A stretch of 64,000 nt of DNA from a virus: the IMG/VR virus record IMGVR_UViG_3300029922_000003; one strand, 5' to 3'. A program made the position numbers and the translations under genes. Positions 43,450 to 52,019 of the stretch are shown here, piece by piece. Numbering within the stretch: position 1 is the first letter of the stretch; each line of letters starts with the position of its first letter. Under the pieces are notes generated by a model. That model was not told where the DNA came from and searched no databases. It saw nothing but the letters and a program-made list of their open reading frames with translations.

Positions 43450-44197
43450 ATACTAATTCCTTTTTGAGGGGCTGCTGATATTATCTGTAGTAGAATTTTT
43501 GTGAGTTTGGACTTCACATAATTCTACATTGTTACTTTTTTTGGGCGGGAAAGGATTGCTCCTCGCGGCCACAGACGGGTTTTCAACATTTAATTCGGCA
43601 ATACCGATACTAACCGAAACACATCTTCCAAAAAAGGATCTTGAGTAGTGAGAATAGGCGCAACAGGGTAAGCGTCGGTATCAGCGATGCGCAATGCAAG
43701 AAGCTTGGCCAACACTATCCTGCTTGTTTTCTGCCTTCAAGGCGTGGCTTGTCTGAAAGCCAATCATACCAAAGCTGATAGGGTCATGACAGTTTGCCAG
43801 GCCAAACTCAACCAACAAGCGGTATTTTTCACTACCCAAGAAGTTCTACAAAAATGTTTTCTGGACAATCGTGCTTTTACGCCAAATGACTGGTCTCGTA
43901 GTATAACACTCATATACCTACTTGTAATCAATAGGTTATAACTAGATTTCATTACAAGAGGAGGTAGCAACCTCGCAGCATACCCTATTCAAATCACCTA
44001 GGGAGAGTGCCCTAGGTAACATATGCCTTTATTTAATGAATAAGATAAGTCTTCAGATATATTCCCTAACGTATACTACATTTATCTCCTTTTTATCGGT
44101 GTATTTGATGTAGACTCATAGGTATCCTAGACCCCCGACTACGGTCAACTCTCTATGGATGGCTGCTTCTAAGCCCACCTCCTTGTCCAGAAAATAC

Positions 44198-44271
44198 GAG
44201 CGTGAGCGGGACTCGAACCCACATTCCCGAGCCCCATTTGGCCAGGTTCCTGCCAATTGAAAGATCACGCA
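44198..44271 (-). tRNA. Aberrant tRNA-like element (Pro-TGG-like, expanded anticodon loop)
   Basis: Acceptor GCGTGA/TCACGC, D-arm TTTC-AATTGGCA-GGAA, T-arm GTGGG-TTCGAGT-CCCGC; 11-nt anticodon loop containing TGG; no encoded CCA. Confidence 0.55.
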
Positions 44272-44372
44272 TAAAATCAAAATAGTCAGAACGGGAATGC
44301 ACTCCCTTTTCAAGTCATCGAGTATAAGGATTGCGCTTTGGATTGTCGGGTAGAGGTGCTTCTGTAAGTATA

Positions 44373-44515
44373 CAGCAGATTTTCACTTAGTCCCTCCGCT
44401 CTTTGGGCTCTCGATCCCGTAGGCGCTTTTAAATGACAATCGTGGAGGGAGCTAGGGACGTTACTCCTAGCACTCTATGTCAAATGTGCTACCAGACGTT
44501 GTTACTGACCTGCTG
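44373..44515 (-). ncRNA. Unclassified multi-stem RNA candidate
   Basis: CAGCAG/CTGCTG closing helix, TCCCTCC/GGAGGGA helix, hairpin sharing AGTAACGTCCC with 42491-42501. Confidence 0.45.
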
Positions 44516-44516
44516 A

Positions 44517-44786
44517 CTAGTATCGCTTATCCCCACGCCTGTACTCCACTGGAGGACAGATTTTTGGGGGATTAAAAAATGCTTGGTCCTCATCTCTAGT
44601 CTGACACTTGATGTTGTCCTGACTAAAGATGGGCTTGCCATCCTTGTCAATTCCTGGGAAGTGTCTGAGGCACTTGGTCGCCTCCTCTCTCAATTCCTTG
44701 AGTGTTCTTTTCCTCCCAGTAAAGAAGCTCTTCAAAAACTTCTCAGTAGCAGCTATTGCTGAATCCTGTTCATATCGAAGACTCAT
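44517..44786 (-). CDS. Hypothetical protein
   Basis: 89 aa; 4-nt overlap with upstream gene. Confidence 0.6.
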   Translation of the reverse strand: MSLRYEQDSAIAATEKFLKSFFTGRKRTLKELREEATKCLRHFPGIDKDGKPIFSQDNIKCQTRDEDQAFFNPPKICPPVEYRRGDKRY

Positions 44787-45562
44787 TGAAATAAATCGTT
44801 GTCGAACTCCTCAATGTAGATATACGAAGGAGATCGGGGTTTACCTGACACTATCCTCCAGAGTCCACCTCTGTGCTGGAGAGACCAACTCTTCTTGTGG
44901 GCATCTTGACCAATAAAGGTTCTTACAAAGTCTAGGCCAACGTGGAGGAAATTTCCTCTAGCAGCCCTGAATTGAATTTGCCTGGATCCAGCAACTGAAT
45001 CTCTTCCAACCCAAAGCCTCTTGGCATCTGGAAGGGGAACTACCCCTAGCCGTACCATTCCAAGCTCTGAGAAGAGAGAGAACCCAATGTTCCACATCTC
45101 TACATTCCATTCAGCTTTGTATGCGCCCTCAGACAACCTCTGCGAGCAGTATATTGCCAGTCTCTCAAATTGATCTTTGGATAGAGTAGCGACAACTCCT
45201 AGAAGTTCGTCGTTCTCCATTGCCATAACCTTCTGGGTACCCTCTTGGTCTGTGAGGGTTTCTAGGAAGTTGTTGTAGAGCCACTCCTTAGTTTCCTTAA
45301 CTGGAAGGATCCCTTCGTTTCTGTAGGAGTTGACGAATGGCAGGTTGGGATGCCAGAACGCTTTTGTATCGAACTGACAGGAGGAAGGGACAGAGATCTC
45401 TTTTCCTGAAACAATCAGGGAGGTTAAGACTGGCCTAGGGGAGTTATCAAAGAGATCTTCTTTCTCAGGAAGCTCTGAATCCTCCTCTGACTTTATGACT
45501 GGAAACTGAGACTCATCTGTCTTTTTGTTTTTTTCTGTCACGAACTTTTTGGATGAAGACAT
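44783..45562 (-). CDS. Hypothetical protein
   Basis: 259-aa ORF. Confidence 0.7.
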   Translation of the reverse strand: MSSSKKFVTEKNKKTDESQFPVIKSEEDSELPEKEDLFDNSPRPVLTSLIVSGKEISVPSSCQFDTKAFWHPNLPFVNSYRNEGILPVKETKEWLYNNFLETLTDQEGTQKVMAMENDELLGVVATLSKDQFERLAIYCSQRLSEGAYKAEWNVEMWNIGFSLFSELGMVRLGVVPLPDAKRLWVGRDSVAGSRQIQFRAARGNFLHVGLDFVRTFIGQDAHKKSWSLQHRGGLWRIVSGKPRSPSYIYIEEFDNDLFQ

Positions 45563-45611
45563 GGCTCCCTTTCAGGGAGCTTTTTGTCATGTTGTTTAAG
45601 TATTTATGGTG

Positions 45612-45710
45612 GGGAAAAGATCTGCTTTCGCTACCGAAGTGACTGATCCCTCGGAAACCTTCGGATTCCTCACGATAAGTCACTTCGCTAACGCGAAGCG
45701 GACTTTTCCC
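45612..45710 (-). ncRNA. Structured intergenic element with two alternative stems
   Basis: GGGAAAAG/CTTTTCCC outer stem; 10-bp inner stem 45635-45644/45678-45687; competing hairpin 45683-45698. Confidence 0.45.
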
Positions 45711-45794
45711 GAACTCATCCTGACGGATTCGATTTTAACCACTGGATTTAAGGCAGGTCAACAAGAATCTTAAGTTTCAGGGTAAAATAAATTT

Positions 45795-46451
45795 CTATCC
45801 AGAAACTCCCAGTGGGAATACTGACCTCACTGCAGAATTGAATTGATTACAAACCAAGGTTGTCTTTGTAGAAGGACTAGCACCAGATGGAACTGAACTC
45901 ACCTTGTAATAGATCTCAACAGTCACTCCAGCAGCTTCTGGCATAAAGAATATTTTTGTAATCTTCTCTCCCAGCATCAATCTCATAACCGGAATCCTAA
46001 TGGACAGGTCTATACTGTTCTCAATGAAGTAGTCGTTAACTACATCCTGCAGCTTAGAGATTACTTCAGAAAGACCATTAATGTCTGTTCCATTATTCTG
46101 TGGATCTACATCCAGGTACTGTTTGTACCAGGATTGGAATTTAGGTATCTTGGAGTCTCGGTGGGATAGGAACATCTTTCCTTCTACAGATCCAAACCCT
46201 GTATCAACCACTACTTCCTTTTTCTTGATTGGTTTTTCTGGGGTAACTTTCTCAACCCTCTTTGCCCTCACCTTTGGTTTGGTAGCAGTTGGAGTAGGCT
46301 GATTCTTAAAAGGTCTGCCACGTTTTTTCTTCTCAGTCGGAAGTGATTGAGGAGGATTTTTAAATGGACGACCCCGTTTCTTGGGCACAACTGGCAGTTG
46401 CGATTCCTTTACTTTGGGGGGTCTACCCCTCCTTTTCTTTTTTGGTGGCAT
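45795..46451 (-). CDS. AT-hook DNA-binding protein
   Basis: Three motifs KRRGRPPK, KKRGRPFK, KKRGRPFK in a basic N-terminus. Confidence 0.7.
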   Translation of the reverse strand: MPPKKKRRGRPPKVKESQLPVVPKKRGRPFKNPPQSLPTEKKKRGRPFKNQPTPTATKPKVRAKRVEKVTPEKPIKKKEVVVDTGFGSVEGKMFLSHRDSKIPKFQSWYKQYLDVDPQNNGTDINGLSEVISKLQDVVNDYFIENSIDLSIRIPVMRLMLGEKITKIFFMPEAAGVTVEIYYKVSSVPSGASPSTKTTLVCNQFNSAVRSVFPLGVSG

Positions 46452-47121
46452 TTGTTTCAGCATTTTGAGATTGTACAAATTTTTGAAAGTCACCATTAGC
46501 AACAAGGCTAACCTGGACTGTTTGTTTGATTAGGTGTCGAAGGTTTTCAATCCCTTTACTATTCTGAAGTTGGTTCTCTAGGTCTTTCTCCCTCCAGAGA
46601 TTGACAGCATCAGTTATTGCAGATTCATTGGAAGATCCAATAGCGTCCACGAACTGATTAAGGTTGATTGAGATCAGGTGTGGGAGTTTCTTGTTCTCGC
46701 TATTTTCGTGATGATTAATCATCCCCATAATGATTTGTGGAACGAAGAAACTAGAGCACACAACACCTGTTGGGTCTTTAATGAGTTCGTTTACACATTT
46801 TGTTTCAAATGGGTATCTTTCCTCGATTGTGGAAAGAGTAATAGCAAGTCGCTTTTCGTACGATTCAGACACTCTCTTCTTCACAGAGTCCAGAACATCT
46901 TTAACTCGAACGACAGCGCCTTTTAAAAATTCTGTATCATTGAAAATCCCTTCCTGCTCGTACTTATCAAACTCAATCATGATCCTGGAGACCATATAGG
47001 AGTGGAGCAAGTCGGCTTTGTCCATTGAGTTGAAGATACTTTCTTGTCCTTCAAGGGAGAATACCGCAGAGAACATGTGGCACTTATAGTCAGTAGTTAA
47101 AATAAATTTGTCTTTACTCAT
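46423..47121 (-). CDS. Hypothetical protein
   Basis: 232-aa helical ORF. Confidence 0.7.
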   Translation of the reverse strand: MSKDKFILTTDYKCHMFSAVFSLEGQESIFNSMDKADLLHSYMVSRIMIEFDKYEQEGIFNDTEFLKGAVVRVKDVLDSVKKRVSESYEKRLAITLSTIEERYPFETKCVNELIKDPTGVVCSSFFVPQIIMGMINHHENSENKKLPHLISINLNQFVDAIGSSNESAITDAVNLWREKDLENQLQNSKGIENLRHLIKQTVQVSLVANGDFQKFVQSQNAETNATKKEKEG

Positions 47122-47135
47122 GTATGTTATTTCAA

Positions 47136-47260
47136 GCAGTAGTCAGTGTTAAATATATGTGGTAACCTAATATAATTTAACACTGGCTACTGCCAGAAAC
47201 GTTAATCGTATCTTTTCAAAAGATGACGGGCAAGGGTGGTGCTATTGCTAGCACCACCCT
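47136..47260. repeat. Two long intergenic inverted repeats
   Basis: 19-bp arms 47136-47154/47175-47193 (one G-T pair) and perfect 12-bp arms 47233-47260. Confidence 0.85.
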
Positions 47261-47275
47261 AAATCCGTATTTGAA

Positions 47276-47680
47276 CTAGATGAGTTCTTCCTGGGGCACT
47301 AGGCCCTCAGGAACAATTTCATCCGAGTCTTTCTTGGGGCCCTTGAAGACCCCAGTGGCTTTCAGGACAATGCCTGTTGCCAACCCGACTGCGCCTGCGG
47401 CCTTGTGTTTGACCATGGAGGCAGCAGCCCCTGCGGTCTCCATCGCCCTCTTGCCGGCACTCGCCCCCTTGTGCGCAACCTTCTCCGCATTGTCCACGAG
47501 GGAAATGCCGAGTCTGGCACCGCCATAGAGGGCGGCGACTCCAGCAGCGACCTTGAGGCCGTCTACTGCGTATGGCCTTACTGCACTAATGGCAGCTTTG
47601 GCGATGACACCGGCCTTTTGGCCAGCGGTGGGTGCGGCTTTTTTGATAAAGAGGCCGCCGATCTTTGCAATGATGTTCAT
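47276..47680 (-). CDS. Ala/Gly/Lys-rich amphipathic protein
   Basis: Start MNIIAKIGG after an AC-rich leader. Confidence 0.7.
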   Translation of the reverse strand: MNIIAKIGGLFIKKAAPTAGQKAGVIAKAAISAVRPYAVDGLKVAAGVAALYGGARLGISLVDNAEKVAHKGASAGKRAMETAGAAASMVKHKAAGAVGLATGIVLKATGVFKGPKKDSDEIVPEGLVPQEELI

Positions 47681-47726
47681 TGTATTTTGTTTTTGTTGTT
47701 GTGTTTGATTACCTTCTTGCGCGGTA

Positions 47727-48983
47727 TCATTCCAGGGAAGGTATTTCCCAGAATGACTTAAGACTGATACCACCGGTTGTCGCGTGCTCCTTTACGGGAG
47801 TCTCAACTGGTGATGTAATAGATGGGTCGACCTCAACCTTAGGTTGTTCGACTTGGACTGGCTCAGGTGCAAACTCTGACGAGTAAATGACCTGGGCTTC
47901 TTTTTGAACTGGCTTGCGGAAGAACGGAGCTTTTTCGTCCTTTGACTTTGCCTCGAATGGCGTGTTGCGCCATGTACGAGGGAACTTGAATCCATCCACG
48001 AGATCTGCTCTGCCGACTCCCACAGGGGAACCTTGGATGCCGATCAGGAGGGGGATCTGGGTTGGGTCCACAGCGCACAACTTCAGGTTGAATGTATCAA
48101 CTGGCTTCACTAGTTCAGGGAAGTAGCTGACTATTTTCGTGCAGATATTGTTCATCCGCTCGCAATACTCATTCTTGAAGTCCACAGACCCTGGTGTGAT
48201 CCAGTTTCTGTAGCAGTGTGCCGTTAGCAACTCTTGCAACCCAATGGCCATATCCTGTATGGCCATTCGAGCTGAGTCGGGGTCGTGGGTGATATTGACT
48301 TCTTGTGCACGCTTGATGTAGCGGTGCCAGGTAGTCATCAATTCCGTGTTCATGAACATCAATGACTTCTCGAGTCTAATGGTCATGAGGTGTGTGAACT
48401 TCTTCGCCTTGACGGGGAAGTTGCTGAGCGCACCTGGGGCTCCGTCTTCATCAATCTGGAGAATCTCCAGCTTGGTGGTGGATCCCTCTCGTGCTGGCAG
48501 TAGGAGCTTTGAGATCTCCACACATTTTCTGTGTGGTAGAGTAGCAAATAGCTCGCGACGCCGAGTCACTTCGGGTCCGAAAGTCTTTTGTTGCTTGTTC
48601 CCACGTTCTTTCCAGAACTTGGGGAGCTCGATCCTCTTTTCCAGTTCTTCCACCGGAATGTAATAACTTCCCGTAGGGAGGTCATTCGTAGATGATCGTT
48701 CGAGGATTCCCACCATCCAATTGACGGCTGGTTGGAATTCCCTTCTTGGGCAATATGCCCCATTTGTTCCTGATACAGGAACTGAGGCCGCAAGGCATGG
48801 AATGCCATTGACGATCTCATAAACTCCGATTTTCCCTTGGAACGTCTTTTCGTTCCACATCCCATACACAATTACACCGCCTTCTTCAGGTAGCATAAAT
48901 GGATCGCCCTCCATAGGAAATGCCCCGTTGATAGGGCAAAGTGTTTTTAAGCTGACTATGCTCCGACAGACCCGGTGAAACAT
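47727..48983 (-). CDS. Hypothetical protein
   Basis: 418 aa; AAGGA upstream. Confidence 0.75.
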   Translation of the reverse strand: MFHRVCRSIVSLKTLCPINGAFPMEGDPFMLPEEGGVIVYGMWNEKTFQGKIGVYEIVNGIPCLAASVPVSGTNGAYCPRREFQPAVNWMVGILERSSTNDLPTGSYYIPVEELEKRIELPKFWKERGNKQQKTFGPEVTRRRELFATLPHRKCVEISKLLLPAREGSTTKLEILQIDEDGAPGALSNFPVKAKKFTHLMTIRLEKSLMFMNTELMTTWHRYIKRAQEVNITHDPDSARMAIQDMAIGLQELLTAHCYRNWITPGSVDFKNEYCERMNNICTKIVSYFPELVKPVDTFNLKLCAVDPTQIPLLIGIQGSPVGVGRADLVDGFKFPRTWRNTPFEAKSKDEKAPFFRKPVQKEAQVIYSSEFAPEPVQVEQPKVEVDPSITSPVETPVKEHATTGGISLKSFWEIPSLE

Positions 48984-49104
48984 ATGAGATTTCCTTTTTG
49001 GTTTGTTTTTAACTTGCTATCTCCTTACGTAATGTAAGTGATAATTCTTTTACCAATGTATTATGGAAGAACAGGGCACCTTTTATACCCCCCCCTCCTA
49101 CCCA

Positions 49105-49134
49105 AAAGAAAAGGGCCCCTTGCGCAGGGGCCCT
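49105..49134 (-). terminator. Intrinsic terminator
   Basis: AGGGCCCCT-GCGCA-AGGGGCCCT + TTTCTTTT on minus strand. Confidence 0.8.
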
Positions 49135-49160
49135 CTCTCCATTATGTGGTAACAATGAAA

Positions 49161-49628
49161 TTACAGAATGCCAGACTGACTCATGAATGAATGTCCAGAC
49201 GGCTTGACACCAATCTCTTCAAAGATCTTGGTTAGTAGAGCGTGCTCAGCGGCAGGTACATTATACAAGAACTCTGACTCAAAGCCTCCATTATTGGATG
49301 CAACGATTCGAGCAAAGGTATAAATACCGTTTGAGGTCCTTACCAGAATATACCCAGTAGTTGGAGTAACATTAGCGAATGTTGCAACAAGATGCTTAGA
49401 TGTGCCAGCTAATGCTGGAACAAGCTTTTCTAGTATTTCGTTGTATGGGTTGGGTTCGGAATTATCTGTCCCAACAACATCAAATACTGTTACTGATGGT
49501 GTGGGCTCTACTACAGGCTCTACCGTAGGGGTGGGCTCTGGTGTAGCAGTAGCCTCTGGTGCTACTGGTTCTATTGGTGTAGGTGTTGGAGTTTCTACTT
49601 CAACTTGGGTTGTTTTGTCTTTTGCCAT
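49161..49628 (-). CDS. Hypothetical protein with (PT/PE)-rich N-terminus
   Basis: 155-aa ORF. Confidence 0.7.
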   Translation of the reverse strand: MAKDKTTQVEVETPTPTPIEPVAPEATATPEPTPTVEPVVEPTPSVTVFDVVGTDNSEPNPYNEILEKLVPALAGTSKHLVATFANVTPTTGYILVRTSNGIYTFARIVASNNGGFESEFLYNVPAAEHALLTKIFEEIGVKPSGHSFMSQSGIL

Positions 49629-49637
49629 ATTGTTTAT

Positions 49638-49979
49638 TTATTGTGTATCACCTTCGAGAGCAAGGTAAAAGTCTATAGCCCTCTTGATGATTTCTTTTAC
49701 TACCTTTGTGTTTTTTTCGTACGATAGGGGCTTAAGTCCAGTGTTACTAAACTTCATCGCCTCTACCTGAAAATCTCCAGTTAGACTCTCTGGATCCCTT
49801 GGTGGCTCTTCTTCGTCTCCTTCTTCATCATCTATATACTCATACTCGAAGTCCTTAATCTTTAGGATCATCGGGAATTTTCCAGTACAGATGATATACT
49901 CGTTTTCATTCTCGTCCATTGTGTACAGGAACGGGGGTGGGCCAGAGCGTATCGGTTCGATGGAAATAGACTGTTTCAT
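49638..49979 (-). CDS. Hypothetical acidic protein
   Basis: 113-aa ORF. Confidence 0.65.
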   Translation of the reverse strand: MKQSISIEPIRSGPPPFLYTMDENENEYIICTGKFPMILKIKDFEYEYIDDEEGDEEEPPRDPESLTGDFQVEAMKFSNTGLKPLSYEKNTKVVKEIIKRAIDFYLALEGDTQ

Positions 49980-49999
49980 AGTGTTAGAAGGCTTTCATT

Positions 50000-50028
50000 A
50001 AGCTAGACCCTATGACTATGATTGACAA
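50000..50028 (-). promoter_or_regulatory. Sigma70-like promoter (leftward)
   Basis: TTGTCA-17 nt-TAGCTT on minus strand, in the divergent gap. Confidence 0.5.
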
Positions 50029-50050
50029 GTTGTTTTTCGCCTAATAATAG

Positions 50051-50079
50051 TTGACTATGTTGATTTTGTTATATATTTT
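50051..50079 (+). promoter_or_regulatory. Sigma70-like promoter for the RuvC-like gene (leaderless geometry)
   Basis: TTGACT-17 nt-TATTTT-6 nt-ATG. Confidence 0.5.
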
Positions 50080-50085
50080 TAGATC

Positions 50086-50589
50086 ATGATTTTATGTGGG
50101 ATAGACAATGGTGTCACAAATAATGGAATAGGGGCGGTAACTCCAGACGGGCGCGGACTTTTATTTAAGCTTCCAATCAAAAAAGAAAGATCTTACACCA
50201 AAGAGAAAAAGAATATTAGTAGAATAGATTATCCAAAATTAGTTGAAATATTTAATAAGATAAAAGCTCTCTTCCCTGGAGAAGAGGTGGTAGCAATATT
50301 AGAGCGTCCCATGGTTAATAGCCGGAGGTTCACAGCCTCAATGAGTGCTATGAGGTCTGTGGAGTGTGTCCAGATAGCTCTAGAGGAATGCAAAATAGAG
50401 TATTCATTTATTGATTCAAAAATTTGGCAACATTCTCTATTGCCGCCTGGAACGAAAGGGGATCAACTCAAGGTAGAAAGTCTAAGAGTGGGCAAAGAGC
50501 TGTTTCCATATCTACCTCTTAAGCACGACGGAGACGGCATTCTAATTGCGGAATATCACAGGCGCAAGCATATGGGACTTTGCTCATAG
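50086..50589 (+). CDS. RuvC-like Holliday junction resolvase
   Basis: ILCGIDNG, AILERP, W..S, HDGDGILIAEY (RNase H-fold acidic residues). Confidence 0.75.
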   Translation: MILCGIDNGVTNNGIGAVTPDGRGLLFKLPIKKERSYTKEKKNISRIDYPKLVEIFNKIKALFPGEEVVAILERPMVNSRRFTASMSAMRSVECVQIALEECKIEYSFIDSKIWQHSLLPPGTKGDQLKVESLRVGKELFPYLPLKHDGDGILIAEYHRRKHMGLCS

Positions 50590-51135
50590 TTTCAAGAGCT
50601 TATCTGCTAAGATACTCACGGGACAAGCAAAAAAGTTACTTTCTTCTCCAGGTATAGCTATATACCTAGCACCCAATTCGTCCATCTCGTTTTGGTCATT
50701 TGATCCAAAAACCCATAGCACTGTGGCTGAGGCGTTTGTAGCTAACAGGAGGGTGGGGGCATTAGCCCCCCTAATCCCCTCATATTTACAACTAACTTCG
50801 CATATCCTATTTGTCACAAGCTTCTCGAAGTTATTGAATTGTGACTTTTTACTGGGGCGCATAATATCGCTAACCCCCTCTACAAAGAACAGCTCAGTGG
50901 GTGCTGTATCTATTACTAAATCTCCACCAAAGGCTTCGACCCTATTTAAGTGTCGAACCTCTTTGGTCTGGATGTTGAATTCCAAGAACGGATCCTCAGC
51001 TGACCTAATTGCAGCCTGCGGAATCTTCGTCTTGAGCTGCGTTGACAGTGCTAGGGCAAACTTGAGGTTGCCTCTTGTATTAATCTCCTTCCCCTCTTCT
51101 GTCATAGAGAGATAGGCTTTACGTGGGTCGGTCAT
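50584..51135 (-). CDS. Hypothetical protein
   Basis: 183-aa ORF. Confidence 0.65.
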   Translation of the reverse strand: MTDPRKAYLSMTEEGKEINTRGNLKFALALSTQLKTKIPQAAIRSAEDPFLEFNIQTKEVRHLNRVEAFGGDLVIDTAPTELFFVEGVSDIMRPSKKSQFNNFEKLVTNRICEVSCKYEGIRGANAPTLLLATNASATVLWVFGSNDQNEMDELGARYIAIPGEESNFFACPVSILADKLLKL

Positions 51136-51162
51136 AATTTATTATGTTTTGTTATTTGGGTA

Positions 51163-51191
51163 TTGAAGTTTTGGGTAAACTAGCATACACT
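51163..51191 (+). promoter_or_regulatory. Sigma70-like promoter for the HNH gene (leaderless geometry)
   Basis: TTGAAG-17 nt-TACACT-6 nt-ATG(51198). Confidence 0.55.
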
Positions 51192-51197
51192 CTGTAT

Positions 51198-52019
51198 ATG
51201 AAAAAGTGTACCAGATGTTTGATTAAAAAAGATGAAATAGAGTTTATGCCAAGATCAGATAGACCAGGGAAATTTACCTCTAGGTGTGCTGTGTGCATTA
51301 ATGAGATTGCTAGGGGGAAATATAACAATAACGAAGAGACTAAAAGGAAAGTGTCTGAAAATGGAAAAGCATATAGGGACTTAAATGAAGAGAAGGAGAG
51401 GTTAAGGCACCAAAAATGGAGAGAAGCCAATATAGAAAAAATCAAAGAGAAGGCAAAAACTGATTACTGGAAAAATAGAGAAGCTGATAAAAAGAGGCAT
51501 CAAGAGTATTACATAAACAATAAAGAAAAGATTGCCGCCAGAGTAAAAGACTACCGATTAAGAAATCCAGGAAAACAGGCTGCGCGATTGAGAAAAACAA
51601 GAGCGGAAAGCCTTCCATATCGTTTAACAAGAAATCTTAGTAGAAGGATGGTAAGCATTCTTCATGGCAAAAAATGTAATGAGCCAACAAAAGCTATATT
51701 GGCAAAACTGGGATATACAGTTGAGGACTTAATTAAACACATTGAGAGTCAGTTCCAAGACGGAATGACATGGGAAAACTATGGTCGCCCAAATGGTAGC
51801 TATACCGATGGTTGGCACATAGACCACAAAAAGCCCTGCTGCTCTTTCGACTTCGATTCAACCGATCACCCACAATTCAAAGAACTGTGGGCTCTCAGTA
51901 ATCTTAGGCCATTGTGGGCCAGAGATAATGCATCGAAGTCAAAAGAGGACAGGGTGATGAGTATTAGTGGAAAAGCAATTATTCCACAGGAGACTCCGGT
52001 AGAACCACCGATGGAATAA
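51198..52019 (+). CDS. Free-standing HNH homing endonuclease
   Basis: N-terminal CTRC/CAVC Zn finger; MTWENYG, WHIDHKKPC, NLRPLWARDNASK. Confidence 0.85.
   Translation: MKKCTRCLIKKDEIEFMPRSDRPGKFTSRCAVCINEIARGKYNNNEETKRKVSENGKAYRDLNEEKERLRHQKWREANIEKIKEKAKTDYWKNREADKKRHQEYYINNKEKIAARVKDYRLRNPGKQAARLRKTRAESLPYRLTRNLSRRMVSILHGKKCNEPTKAILAKLGYTVEDLIKHIESQFQDGMTWENYGRPNGSYTDGWHIDHKKPCCSFDFDSTDHPQFKELWALSNLRPLWARDNASKSKEDRVMSISGKAIIPQETPVEPPME

Noticed and set aside
43490-43527. AATTCTAC/GTAGAATT resembling a Cas12a repeat
   Set aside because: Single inverted pair forming one long hairpin; no repeat-spacer periodicity or cas gene; no CRISPR array seen anywhere in the window
44116-44313. 65-aa ORF over the tRNA-like element
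   Set aside because: TTG start, no RBS, and fully explained by the underlying tRNA-like sequence
44380-44420. ATCGAGAG...GGAGGGACT...TGAAA resembling a SAM-I riboswitch
   Set aside because: Lacks the GGCCC/GCAACC elements, and GGAGGGA is already paired with TCCCTCC
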